Positions 1 through 8,137 of a stretch of DNA of 42,147 bases are shown one piece after another. Numbering within the stretch: the stretch's first letter is position 1; each line of letters opens with the position of its first letter. The position numbers and the translations under genes were made by a program. The stretch comes from a virus (taxonomy: Duplodnaviria; Caudoviricetes): positions 1 to 42,147 of IMG/VR virus record IMGVR_UViG_3300037419_000962; one strand, 5' to 3'. The notes under the pieces were generated by a model, which saw only the letters and a list, made by a program, of their open reading frames with translations, had not been told where the DNA came from and did not search any database.

Positions 1-203
1 CCTCTATACGCTCCTGACTACCGGCGACAAGGATAAGGCGGTCGATGCAGGAGTGGACGCGATACACAGCACGCAGGACGCGCTGACCTACCGTCCTCGG
101 ACGGCGCAGGGCCAGCAGATGGTCGAGCAGTTCGGCAGCAAGTTCAACCCGGTCAACTACGTTCCTAACGCTACATCTTTTGTCGGCGAGAAGGCCGGCG
201 ATG
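1..203. repeat. Terminal direct repeat, copy 1 (circular assembly overlap)
   Basis: Identical to 41945-42147 except T89 vs C42033; the reading frame runs through the junction. Confidence 0.97.
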
Positions 204-1804
204 CGATCGCCGATGCGGGCGCGCCGTCGCTCGGCGCTCTGGTGAAGGGCGCAGGGGCCGCGGCTCCCGTGGCGATTGGAGCGGCGCTACCCAAGGTCGC
301 GCCGGCTGGGATCCGAAAACTCAGCGACTTGGTAAACCCTCCTCCCGAAGCGCCGCGCATCGAGCCGACCATGGATGCCAAGCCGCGTTATCGCCTCGGC
401 CCTGATGGCCAGCCCGTGCTGGTCCCGCAGCCTCTCCCGCAGTCCGGCTCTGGCGGTGCTGTCGCGATCCCAGCGCAGTCCGCCCCCGTGGCGCGCCGCC
501 CCACCTTGGCCGAAGCATCGCCGGAGTTGCAGCAGGTCGTCCAGAAGCAGGAGGCTTCCGGCAAGCCGATAAACAACGATGTCCTCTCGCGCCACCTCGA
601 CGCGGACACGCTGCCGGTAAAGATCAAACTCACCGAGGGACAGGCGAAGCTCGATCCCGACCTGATTTCGATGGAGATGAACGGACGCGGCAAGTCCAAG
701 CCAACCGTAGCAGCGGAGTTCTACAACCAGCAAGGCAAGGCGCTGGCGCAGAACCTGGATCAAGTGCGCGAGACTGCGGCGCCGAACGCCACCGGCACCA
801 ATCCCACGGAGCATGGGCAGCTCTTGGTTGACGAATACAAGACGATGGATGCAGCAAGGCGCGCGGACATCAACGACAAGTACAAGGCCCTGGAGCAGGC
901 AAACGGCGGCCAACTGCCGCTCAGCGGACAGGACTTCGCCCATGCCGCGGATGCGGCCCTCGTCAAGAGCAACAAGGGCTATTTCCTGCCCAAGGAAGTA
1001 AAAAGCTTGTTGGACGAGTACCGCGGCGGCGGCCAGATGACGTTCGACAACTTCGAGAACCTGCGCACTATCCTTGCTGCAGAGGGTCGCAAGGCCGCTC
1101 GGGCAGGGGATGGCAATGCCGAGGCGGCCATCGGTCAGGTCCGCGAGTCGTTGGAAAGCCTGCCGATGTCAGGTGAAGCCGCGAGCATCAAACCACTGGC
1201 AGACGCGGCTCGCCAGGCGGCCAAGGCGCGGTTCGACAGCATCAAAGCCGACCCCGCCTACAAGGCGGTGGTCAATGACGACGCGCCACCCGGCGAACCC
1301 TCCCCACTGGCCGACAAGTTTGTGCAGAGCTACATCGTCAACGGTAAGGGTGCGCACCTGAAACAAATGAAAGCCAACATCGGCGGCTCTCCGGTTGCAA
1401 GCGAGACCATCTCGCGCGCATCGCTGGACTATCTAAGCGACATGGCAAAGGCTGATAAGGAAACCGGCAAGTTTCTGGCCGATCGCTACAACGCCGGATT
1501 GCGCCAACTAGGGCCGAAGCTCGATGACATTTTCGACCCGAAGACGCGGCAGACGGTGGAGCAGTTGGGGCGGGTGGCGAAGTACACCAGCGCCCAGCCG
1601 AAGGGGAGCTACGTCAACAACTCGAACACGTTTGTCGGCGCGGTAGCCGATATGACCAAGAGCGGAGTGGAGGGCGCGGCCAATTACCTTGCACATGGCA
1701 TTCCATTGGGGACGCTGGTGAGGAAGGGCGCGCAGTACCGCGCAGAGGGCAAGGCGGCCAAGCGCAGCACCGCGCCAGGCGCTGGGATCGATTCAGCGGA
1801 TTAG
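1..1804 (+). CDS. DNA ejection/internal virion protein, 3' part (P22 gp16-like position); the full gene starts at 41493 and crosses the junction (~751 aa)
   Basis: ORF 53..1804 is in frame with ATG 41493 across the overlap; large Ala-rich helical protein, third of three genes after the gp14-like gene and before the tail fibre. Confidence 0.7.
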   Translation, partial: LYTLLTTGDKDKAVDAGVDAIHSTQDALTYRPRTAQGQQMVEQFGSKFNPVNYVPNATSFVGEKAGDAIADAGAPSLGALVKGAGAAAPVAIGAALPKVAPAGIRKLSDLVNPPPEAPRIEPTMDAKPRYRLGPDGQPVLVPQPLPQSGSGGAVAIPAQSAPVARRPTLAEASPELQQVVQKQEASGKPINNDVLSRHLDADTLPVKIKLTEGQAKLDPDLISMEMNGRGKSKPTVAAEFYNQQGKALAQNLDQVRETAAPNATGTNPTEHGQLLVDEYKTMDAARRADINDKYKALEQANGGQLPLSGQDFAHAADAALVKSNKGYFLPKEVKSLLDEYRGGGQMTFDNFENLRTILAAEGRKAARAGDGNAEAAIGQVRESLESLPMSGEAASIKPLADAARQAAKARFDSIKADPAYKAVVNDDAPPGEPSPLADKFVQSYIVNGKGAHLKQMKANIGGSPVASETISRASLDYLSDMAKADKETGKFLADRYNAGLRQLGPKLDDIFDPKTRQTVEQLGRVAKYTSAQPKGSYVNNSNTFVGAVADMTKSGVEGAANYLAHGIPLGTLVRKGAQYRAEGKAAKRSTAPGAGIDSAD

Positions 1805-1930
1805 CTTGTCGTCGTCTTTGGCGTGCGGCGATTCCCGCCAAAGCTTCTCGTATTCCTCTTTGGTATAGAGAAGCCCGCGGCTATCGAGCCACATCGCAAT
1901 GGTGTCCAGCAGTCGCCAGAAGAGAAACAT
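1793..1930 (-). CDS. Small 45-aa antisense (moron-like) protein MFLFWRLLDTIAMWLDSRGLLYTKEEYEKLWRESPHAKDDDKLIR
   Basis: Not in ORF track; preceded by AGGAGGTGATCG-ATG and a TACAAT -10-like hexamer at 1962-1957. Confidence 0.65.
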   Translation of the reverse strand: MFLFWRLLDTIAMWLDSRGLLYTKEEYEKLWRESPHAKDDDKLIR

Positions 1931-1967
1931 CGATCACCTCCTGAGGTGAGAAGACCATTGTACGCAC

Positions 1968-1990
1968 AGCCCGCCGATTGCGGGCTTTTC
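1968..1990 (+). terminator. Intrinsic terminator-like hairpin
   Basis: AGCCCGC-cgatt-GCGGGCT followed by TTTC. Confidence 0.65.
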
Positions 1991-2008
1991 GCTTTCTGAA
2001 GGGCAAAC

Positions 2009-2950
2009 ATGTCGAGTTACTACCTGGCTCCCATCGCGGGCAATTCGCAGATCGACACCGCCGGGGCCCCTCTGTCGGGCGGTTTTATCTACACGTACCT
2101 GCCCGGTACAACCACGAACGTCGCCACCTATACGGACAACACGGGCGGCACGCCGCAGACCAACCCCATCGTCCTGAACACCTATGGGTTGCCCCCCTCT
2201 CCGGTTTGGCTATTGGGTGGTCAGGCGGTGAAATTCGTCATCAAGGATGCGCTGGGAAACACGATCCGAACCATTGATCCCATCTGGGGGATTGATGACC
2301 CGATATTCGCGACAGGTCGTTTGCTGAACGTGCAGGTGTTCACCGCCAGCGGCACGTATACCCCGACAGCGGGAACCACGGCAGTCATTGTGAAAGTGCA
2401 GGCCGGTGGCGGAGCTGGCGGTGGCGCAGCGGCGACGGCGGCTGGGCAGGTGGCCTCTGGTGGTGGCGGGGGTGCTGGCGGCTACGCAACCTCTAGGCTG
2501 ACAACCGGCTTCTCCGGGACCACGGTGACGGTCGGGGCCGCAGGCGCTGGGGCGTCGGGTGCTGTTGGCGGCAATGGCGGGTCTTCTTCCTTCGGGGCTC
2601 TTTTAAGCGCCACTGGCGGTACTGGCGGAACTCTTGGCGCTATCGTAGCTAGTGGCGCTGCTAGTTTCGTGGTTGGCGGGAATGGCGGCGTCGGAACGGG
2701 CGGCAACATCGTAAATAGCCAAGGACAACCTGGGCTGGGTTCGCTCTACGTCGCCAGCGTCGGCCTATCAGGATCGGGCGGCGCATCTGTTTTCGGCGGC
2801 GGTGCCAACGGTCTGTTTTCAGCCTCCAACGGAGTCGATGCGAATTCCTATGGCGCCGGCGGCAGCGGGGCGTCGAACCCAGCGAGTTCCGCAGCCAAGA
2901 CGGGCGGCGCAGGCAAAGCCGGCATCGTCATCGTGGAAGAGTACGCATGA
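2009..2950 (+). CDS. Tail fibre / receptor-binding protein (head-binding-type N-terminus, glycine-rich C-terminus)
   Basis: N-terminal GAPLSGGFIYTYLPGTT..NPIVLN motif typical of podovirus particle-attachment domains; Gly-rich repeats; position after ejection genes. Confidence 0.75.
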   Translation: MSSYYLAPIAGNSQIDTAGAPLSGGFIYTYLPGTTTNVATYTDNTGGTPQTNPIVLNTYGLPPSPVWLLGGQAVKFVIKDALGNTIRTIDPIWGIDDPIFATGRLLNVQVFTASGTYTPTAGTTAVIVKVQAGGGAGGGAAATAAGQVASGGGGGAGGYATSRLTTGFSGTTVTVGAAGAGASGAVGGNGGSSSFGALLSATGGTGGTLGAIVASGAASFVVGGNGGVGTGGNIVNSQGQPGLGSLYVASVGLSGSGGASVFGGGANGLFSASNGVDANSYGAGGSGASNPASSAAKTGGAGKAGIVIVEEYA

Positions 2951-3381
2951 GTATCTATGCTCGCATCGATGGCGGCGTAGTTGCCGAACTGTTTTCCACC
3001 GACGCGAACATCTACACGCTCTTCTTTCCCGCCATGGTTTGGGTGGACTGCACCGCGATCCCCGGAGTTGAACCTGGATGGGTCTGGTCGGTGGCGTCTG
3101 GATTCGAGGCTCCGACCGCACCGGCGGTGTCGCTCGTACCGCAGCTGGTTTCTTTCCGCCAAGCAAAGACTCAGCTTCAGATCGCCGGCATGTGGGACAG
3201 CGCGATAGCTGCAGCGAACGCCATCGTTGACACTATCGAGAAGATAAAGATGGTGAACCTGCTGCTGGACAGCACGGTTTACGAGCGCACTCGCCCGGAG
3301 CTGGTGTCCTTCGCAAAGTCCACGCTCGGCCTCACAGACACGGATATCGACAACCTGTTCATCGCTGCGGAGAAGCTGTAA
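2947..3381 (+). CDS. Tail fibre-associated / assembly-like protein
   Basis: ATGA overlap with fibre gene; YARIDGGVVAE..WVDCT..GWVW N-terminus typical of proteins after Gly-rich fibres. Confidence 0.55.
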   Translation: MSIYARIDGGVVAELFSTDANIYTLFFPAMVWVDCTAIPGVEPGWVWSVASGFEAPTAPAVSLVPQLVSFRQAKTQLQIAGMWDSAIAAANAIVDTIEKIKMVNLLLDSTVYERTRPELVSFAKSTLGLTDTDIDNLFIAAEKL

Positions 3382-3383
3382 CC

Positions 3384-3734
3384 ATGCAAGCCATCTACTC
3401 GCGCCTGGAAGCGGCGTTGGTCCTGACACTGCTCAACTTTCGTGAATTACTCGTCGCTATTGATCAATGCCTGAACGTCCTGGTCTGCGTGATCACCATG
3501 AGAACCGGCTATAGCGATGAAACACTGAGTGCCCATTGCTGGCGGTCCTACCGCGACGGTCGCATTTGGGGGAGGCTATTCATGCCGATGATCGACTGGC
3601 TATTTTCCTGGCAGAAGCTGAACCCGGTATTCAAGGACGAGGCGGGCAACCCGATAACGGGGCATTGCCGCAGGGCCTACGAGAAGGAAAAGGCGCGCGA
3701 TTACCTGCCGCCGGAGTATCGGAGCAAGGCTTAA
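3384..3734 (+). CDS. Hypothetical phage protein (AIDQ..N..DETLSA motif)
   Basis: ORF in late operon before the lysis genes. Confidence 0.6.
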   Translation: MQAIYSRLEAALVLTLLNFRELLVAIDQCLNVLVCVITMRTGYSDETLSAHCWRSYRDGRIWGRLFMPMIDWLFSWQKLNPVFKDEAGNPITGHCRRAYEKEKARDYLPPEYRSKA

Positions 3735-4051
3735 GAGATCATCTCTCCGGTCGCTATAACGAAGGTTTTGACAGCGGAAAAGTTATCGTTGCAGGTCACT
3801 TCAGCTTGGAAAGTGGTTTGGATAATTCCGGGGTTGTTCACCGCAGTAAGGTTCTCCATGAACCTGTGCGAAAGAATTCCCGCATGATCAAAGCAGAACT
3901 GCTCGTCTTGCGCAAGGATCATCTGCCCCACGGGACCCGAGGTGTCCAGTCCGGCCAAGCTGGTGGGGGTGGGCGGGGGCCCATCGTTGCCGCCGCCACC
4001 GCAGGCGCTGAGTGAAAGGGCCATCGCCAGAGCAAGAATTTTGGACATCAT
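3731..4051 (-). CDS. Moron lipoprotein (106 aa)
   Basis: MMSKILALAMALSLSA-C lipobox followed by Gly/Pro linker; antisense to late operon; own putative promoter (TGC-TACTGT) upstream. Confidence 0.75.
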   Translation of the reverse strand: MMSKILALAMALSLSACGGGGNDGPPPTPTSLAGLDTSGPVGQMILAQDEQFCFDHAGILSHRFMENLTAVNNPGIIQTTFQAEVTCNDNFSAVKTFVIATGEMIS

Positions 4052-4134
4052 AAAACCCCCTGCGAGTTGAGCTAACTCAGGCTCAACAGTAGCACGTAGG
4101 TAGGTTTTGCGGAAGTAGCCGCTATACAACTCAA

Positions 4135-4155
4135 GCCGCCTTCGGGCGGTTTTTT
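4135..4155 (+). terminator. Intrinsic terminator
   Basis: GCCGCC-TTCG-GGCGGT followed by T run. Confidence 0.8.
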
Positions 4156-4178
4156 CATTGCCGTAAAGGACCGCGCCC

Positions 4179-4421
4179 ATGTCCGACATCGATCCCCAAG
4201 AATTTGGCCGCTTGCAAGCGCAGGTAGAGACGCTGATTCGCTCAGACGCCGAAAAGACCGACCTACTCCGAACGCTGGCCGACGACATGACCGCGGTGCG
4301 CTTGCAACTGGCCGAAGCCGGAGGCGGCTGGAAGGTGTTTCTAGCCCTTGGCGGGGCTACATCGGTGGCCGCCAGCTTCATCACATGGGCGGCTACTCAT
4401 TTCAGGTGGACCGGGCAATGA
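4179..4421 (+). CDS. Holin/antiholin-like membrane protein (coiled coil + C-terminal TM)
   Basis: Directly upstream of endolysin; hydrophobic C-terminus WKVFLALGGATSVAASFITW. Confidence 0.6.
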   Translation: MSDIDPQEFGRLQAQVETLIRSDAEKTDLLRTLADDMTAVRLQLAEAGGGWKVFLALGGATSVAASFITWAATHFRWTGQ

Positions 4422-4900
4422 CATTCGATGAAGCATTCGACAGGCTGCTCGGATTCGAGGGCGGCTACAGCAACAACCCGACAGATCCCGGCGGCGAAAC
4501 CATGTGGGGCGTTACCCGCAAGGTGGCGCTTCAAGAGGGCTACGAGGGAGACATGCACGTGCTCCCGCGTGACACGGCCAAGGCCATGTACCGCAAGCGG
4601 TATTGGGACGCCTTGCGCTGCGACCGGATGCCCGATTCCCTGCGCTACACGCTCTTCGATGCCGCGGTGAATTCCGGGGTAGGGCAGGCCATCAAGTGGC
4701 TCCAGCGCGCGATGGATGTTGGCGAAGACGGCGTGCTCGGACCGCTGACGCTCGACGCGGCGCAGCGTGGCAACGGCCTGCGCCTGGCGCTGAAGTTGAA
4801 CGCCGTGCGGCTGGATTTCATGACCAGCCTTCCGACCTGGGGGCAATTCGGGCGGGGCTGGGCTCGGCGCATCGCTGAAAACCTGAAGGGGCTGTCATGA
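4418..4900 (+). CDS. Endolysin, glycoside hydrolase family 108 with C-terminal peptidoglycan-binding domain
   Basis: EGGYSNNPTDPGGETMWGVT catalytic motif; C-terminal FGRGWARR; start at ATG 4418 (ATGA overlap). Confidence 0.92.
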   Translation: MTFDEAFDRLLGFEGGYSNNPTDPGGETMWGVTRKVALQEGYEGDMHVLPRDTAKAMYRKRYWDALRCDRMPDSLRYTLFDAAVNSGVGQAIKWLQRAMDVGEDGVLGPLTLDAAQRGNGLRLALKLNAVRLDFMTSLPTWGQFGRGWARRIAENLKGLS

Positions 4901-4986
4901 AGCTGCTTCTCGCCCTGTGCTTCATCGGCGCGGCTTACGTGCTTTACATGGTGCTGCGCCGCTGGGCGCTCGAAAGGAATTCGTGA
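4897..4986 (+). CDS. 29-aa hydrophobic/cationic peptide MKLLLALCFIGAAYVLYMVLRRWALERNS
   Basis: Fills the gap exactly: ATGA overlap with endolysin stop and TGATG overlap with next gene. Confidence 0.6.
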   Translation: MKLLLALCFIGAAYVLYMVLRRWALERNS

Positions 4987-5573
4987 TGGACTGGAAAGAC
5001 CTAGGGAAATCGCTCGCGTCCATTGGCCTGCCTCTGCTCGGCGCTGCGCTGCCCATCCCGGGCGGAGCAGCCATTGGGACTGCGCTCGCCTCGATGATCG
5101 GCTCGTCCTCGGCCAACCCCTCAGACATCCTGTCCACGTTGCAGGCGAGCGCTGATGCGATGGCGAAGGCCAAGCAGTTCGAGGATCAGCACCGCGAAAA
5201 GCTCATGGATATGGCCTACCAGTACGAGATCGACCAGCGCAAGGCCGACAGCGCCGACCTCGCAGCCGTCAACACCACCATGCAGGCCGAGGCGACGAAT
5301 TCGGCCAATGAGAACTGGTGGCAAACCGGCTGGCGTCCGTTCAATGGCTATGTGCTGGGCGTGGCGTCCCTCATCACGGTCTGCGGCGTGTTCTACCTTG
5401 CCTTCCTGGCGCTGTCGGGCAAGGACGCGAACGCGCTCAACGCCATCCCGACCATCGTTTCCTCGATTGCGATGGTGCTCGCCATTCCTGGCGCAGCGGT
5501 GGGTATCGCCGCATGGCATCGTGGCCGCGCGCAGATCGCAGAGATCCAGGCCGCTGTGAAAGGCCAATTATGA
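4986..5573 (+). CDS. Holin-like membrane protein (3TM-type holin family)
   Basis: MDWKDLG..LPLLGAALP N-terminus and WRP motif followed by two TM helices. Confidence 0.75.
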   Translation: MDWKDLGKSLASIGLPLLGAALPIPGGAAIGTALASMIGSSSANPSDILSTLQASADAMAKAKQFEDQHREKLMDMAYQYEIDQRKADSADLAAVNTTMQAEATNSANENWWQTGWRPFNGYVLGVASLITVCGVFYLAFLALSGKDANALNAIPTIVSSIAMVLAIPGAAVGIAAWHRGRAQIAEIQAAVKGQL

Positions 5574-5758
5574 AACGCATCTCCTTCCTCCTCGCCCTCG
5601 CGCTGCTTTCCGGCTGCGCCACTGGCGTCCAGATGACCGCCGAAGAGGCTGCGGCGTGCAAAGCAGAGGGGTGTTCGGTCTGGACCGAGCGCGAGCTGCG
5701 CGGGCTTATCGGTGAAGCCTTCAAGCAGGGCTATGTGGCTGGCGTGAAGTCGATATGA
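5570..5758 (+). CDS. Small lipoprotein (62 aa), possible o-spanin-like
   Basis: MKRISFLLALALLSG-C lipobox; in lysis cassette. Confidence 0.65.
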   Translation: MKRISFLLALALLSGCATGVQMTAEEAAACKAEGCSVWTERELRGLIGEAFKQGYVAGVKSI

Positions 5759-6180
5759 CAACGATCTTCGCTGACGCCAAGGCAGGTCTCATGGTGGCTG
5801 ACTCCATGACCGGCAACGGCGAGCAATGGTGGGCCGACCCGGACAAGGTGGTTCGTATCGGTGACGAGTTGATCGGCTTTGCCGGTGTTGCGACCGAAGC
5901 CGAGCGCTGGCTGGCTTGGTACAAGGCAGGACAAAACGGCCCGATGCCCAAGGTTGCCGGGGCCAGCGCGCTGATTCTTGGCCCGAACGGGTTGCGCGTG
6001 CTGGACAGCAATGGCGGCTACGTACACATCGCCCGCGGCTTCATGGGGATGGGAACCGGAGGAACCTGCGCCACGGCAGCTTACATGGCCGGCGCAGATG
6101 CGGAGACGGCGGTTTACATCGCCTGTCAGATCGACCCAAATTCAGGCGGGGACGTGGTAGTTCACACGCTGCAGCCGTGA
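5755..6180 (+). CDS. Ntn-hydrolase fold protein (HslV/proteasome beta-subunit-like)
   Basis: M-TTI N-terminal Thr, ADS, K, IGFAG, GTGG and IDPNSGG motifs of the HslV/proteasome family. Confidence 0.75.
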   Translation: MTTIFADAKAGLMVADSMTGNGEQWWADPDKVVRIGDELIGFAGVATEAERWLAWYKAGQNGPMPKVAGASALILGPNGLRVLDSNGGYVHIARGFMGMGTGGTCATAAYMAGADAETAVYIACQIDPNSGGDVVVHTLQP

Positions 6181-7211
6181 TGGACCAACTGCTCTGGGAC
6201 TACGGCACGCCGACCCAGCGCAAGTATCTGGAAGCCGTCGAACAACACGGCAGCGGCACCAAGGCAGCAACGGCCCTCGGCGTCAACAAGAGCACGATCA
6301 ACACCGCTCTAAAGGCGCTGCGTAAGAAGGCGTCCGCGCGCCCGATGCCGTCTTCGGCACCCATCGCGGCTTCGATGGTTGCAGACGGCTCGAACAAGAT
6401 ATTTGTGATGCCCGACACGCAGGCCAAGCCGGGGCTGGACTTCTCCTACCTGATGCGCTACGGACAGTACTTGGTTGAGAAGCGCCCGAAGAAGGTGGTG
6501 TTCCTTGGCGATCACGCCGACATGCCAAGCCTGTCCAGCTACGACAAGGGAAAGAAGAGTTTCGAGGGTCGCAGGTACAAGCGGGACGTAGAGGCCAGCC
6601 TTGAGGCAATGTCGGCTTTCTGGTCGCCCACGGTGGACTACAACATATACGCCGAGAAGCACGGGCTGGAGCCGTACCTTCCAGAGAAGATCCTGCTCCT
6701 TGGAAACCACGAAGACCGGATCAACCGCGCGGTGAACGAAGACCCCAAGCTAGACGGTGTGCTGTCGGTGGACGACCTGAAGTACGAAGCGTTCGGCTTC
6801 AAGGTCTATCCGTTCCTGGAAGTGGCCGTGATCGACGGAATTGCCTTCTCGCACTTCTTCACTGCCGGCGTAATGGGGCGGCCCGTCACGACTGCCCAGG
6901 CTTGCCTGACGAAGAAGCACATGAGCTGCATCCAAGGACACCAGCAAGGATTACAGATCGCCACCGGCTACCGCGGCGACGGCAAGCGTCTGACCTCGAT
7001 CATCTGCGGCTCAGCGTATGAACATCAAGAGGACTACCTCGGCCCGCAAGGCAACCGCCATTGGCGCGGGTTCCTGATGCTGCACGAGGTTTGTGACGGC
7101 GAATTCGACCTAATGCCGGTGTCGCTGAATTACACGAACAAGAAGTACGCGCATCTGCACGTCGCCCGCGATTACGTCAAGAACCCACTGCCGGAGCTTG
7201 CGCCGAGATGA
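6180..7211 (+). CDS. Calcineurin-like metallophosphoesterase with N-terminal HTH-like segment
   Basis: PDTQ, LGDHAD, LGNHE, SH and GHQQ motifs; N-terminal SGTKAATALGVNKSTI HTH-like. Confidence 0.8.
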   Translation: MDQLLWDYGTPTQRKYLEAVEQHGSGTKAATALGVNKSTINTALKALRKKASARPMPSSAPIAASMVADGSNKIFVMPDTQAKPGLDFSYLMRYGQYLVEKRPKKVVFLGDHADMPSLSSYDKGKKSFEGRRYKRDVEASLEAMSAFWSPTVDYNIYAEKHGLEPYLPEKILLLGNHEDRINRAVNEDPKLDGVLSVDDLKYEAFGFKVYPFLEVAVIDGIAFSHFFTAGVMGRPVTTAQACLTKKHMSCIQGHQQGLQIATGYRGDGKRLTSIICGSAYEHQEDYLGPQGNRHWRGFLMLHEVCDGEFDLMPVSLNYTNKKYAHLHVARDYVKNPLPELAPR

Positions 7212-7369
7212 GCCCCGCAGGCTGGCTACTGCTCGTGCCCACGGTTGCCTACGGGCTTGCCGCTGGGGTGTACGCCGTGCAGCGGAATTGGCCCCTTGCG
7301 ATCGTCTACTGGCATTACATGGGCGCGAACTGCGGACTGATCTGGCTGGATGCCAAGTTAGCTCATTGA
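7208..7369 (+). CDS. Small 2-TM membrane protein (53 aa)
   Basis: Not in ORF track; ATGA overlap with upstream gene; MSPAGWLLLVPTVAYGLAAGVYAVQRNWPLAIVYWHYMGANCGLIWLDAKLAH. Confidence 0.65.
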   Translation: MSPAGWLLLVPTVAYGLAAGVYAVQRNWPLAIVYWHYMGANCGLIWLDAKLAH

Positions 7370-7378
7370 GGAGAATCT

Positions 7379-7585
7379 ATGATGGACTTGGCCGAACGCT
7401 ACGTGCAGCGCAGCGAATTGCTGCTCCGCTTGCTCTCGCCCGACGACCTGGGCCATCTTGTCGATCCCGAGGCGCGCATCGAAATATGCCGCGTGCTCAA
7501 ACTCACCGAGCCGCGCAACGCTTGCGGCCTGCCGGATGTGCCGGAGCCTATTTGCGCGATCAATCGGATGCTGGAACGCCTGTAG
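7379..7585 (+). CDS. Hypothetical protein
   Basis: Strong SD GAGGAG; last rightward gene before the convergence point. Confidence 0.65.
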   Translation: MMDLAERYVQRSELLLRLLSPDDLGHLVDPEARIEICRVLKLTEPRNACGLPDVPEPICAINRMLERL

Positions 7586-7658
7586 CTATACTGCACCATT
7601 CGCTGTCTGCATATAACGAATCTGCGCCTCAATCCTGAAGCGCAAGCGCGCTAGATGC

Positions 7659-7874
7659 TCAGGGCTTGTACGGCGACGGCTTGCGGGAAACGGAGCGCAT
7701 GATCGCTTGGCGCTCTTCCTCAGTCTCAGGCTCCTCGAATTCCCGCCAGTTCGCATCAACGCGAATAGCTTCTGGGTGCTCGCGCTTGATTTCCTCTTCG
7801 GTGTAGTAGAGCTTGGTGGTGGAGGTGCGGCCTGCCCACTTGGTGCGCCATTGGTATTTGATGACCTTACGCAT
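7659..7874 (-). CDS. Hypothetical protein
   Basis: Last ORF in the tightly packed run downstream of int. Confidence 0.6.
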   Translation of the reverse strand: MRKVIKYQWRTKWAGRTSTTKLYYTEEEIKREHPEAIRVDANWREFEEPETEEERQAIMRSVSRKPSPYKP

Positions 7875-7876
7875 TT

Positions 7877-8128
7877 CTATTCGGCTTCAGCGCTCCGGCT
7901 GCTCAACCCAAGTGCGTCGGGAATCTTCAAACCCGCGATGCACTCGGCGTGATACTCGCCTTGTTGGCAGTGGTCGTAAACGTAAAACGCCGCGTGATGT
8001 AGAGCATCTTTGTAGCCGCGCAAATAACCGAGCCGGATCGCTGCGCGTTCGGCTGCTGTGGGCTCTTCAGGCAGTGCCCCCGGTAGGTCCTTGCCGGAGG
8101 CCGAGGTCAAATGATCTGAATGCTGCAT
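7877..8128 (-). CDS. Hypothetical protein
   Basis: SD AGGGGG; packed run. Confidence 0.6.
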   Translation of the reverse strand: MQHSDHLTSASGKDLPGALPEEPTAAERAAIRLGYLRGYKDALHHAAFYVYDHCQQGEYHAECIAGLKIPDALGLSSRSAEAE

Positions 8129-8137
8129 TCGTTTCCC

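Noticed and set aside
1-203. Physical terminal repeats as in T7-like phages
   Set aside because: The repeat falls mid-gene and the Sf6/P22-like packaging genes suggest headful packaging; an assembly overlap is the simpler explanation
1932-1942. GATCACCTCCT resembling the 16S rRNA 3' end
   Set aside because: No rRNA context; it is the complement of a strong SD on the minus strand
7580-7625. Possible LexA box near the convergence point
   Set aside because: CTGT half-sites are present but there is no correctly spaced ACAG
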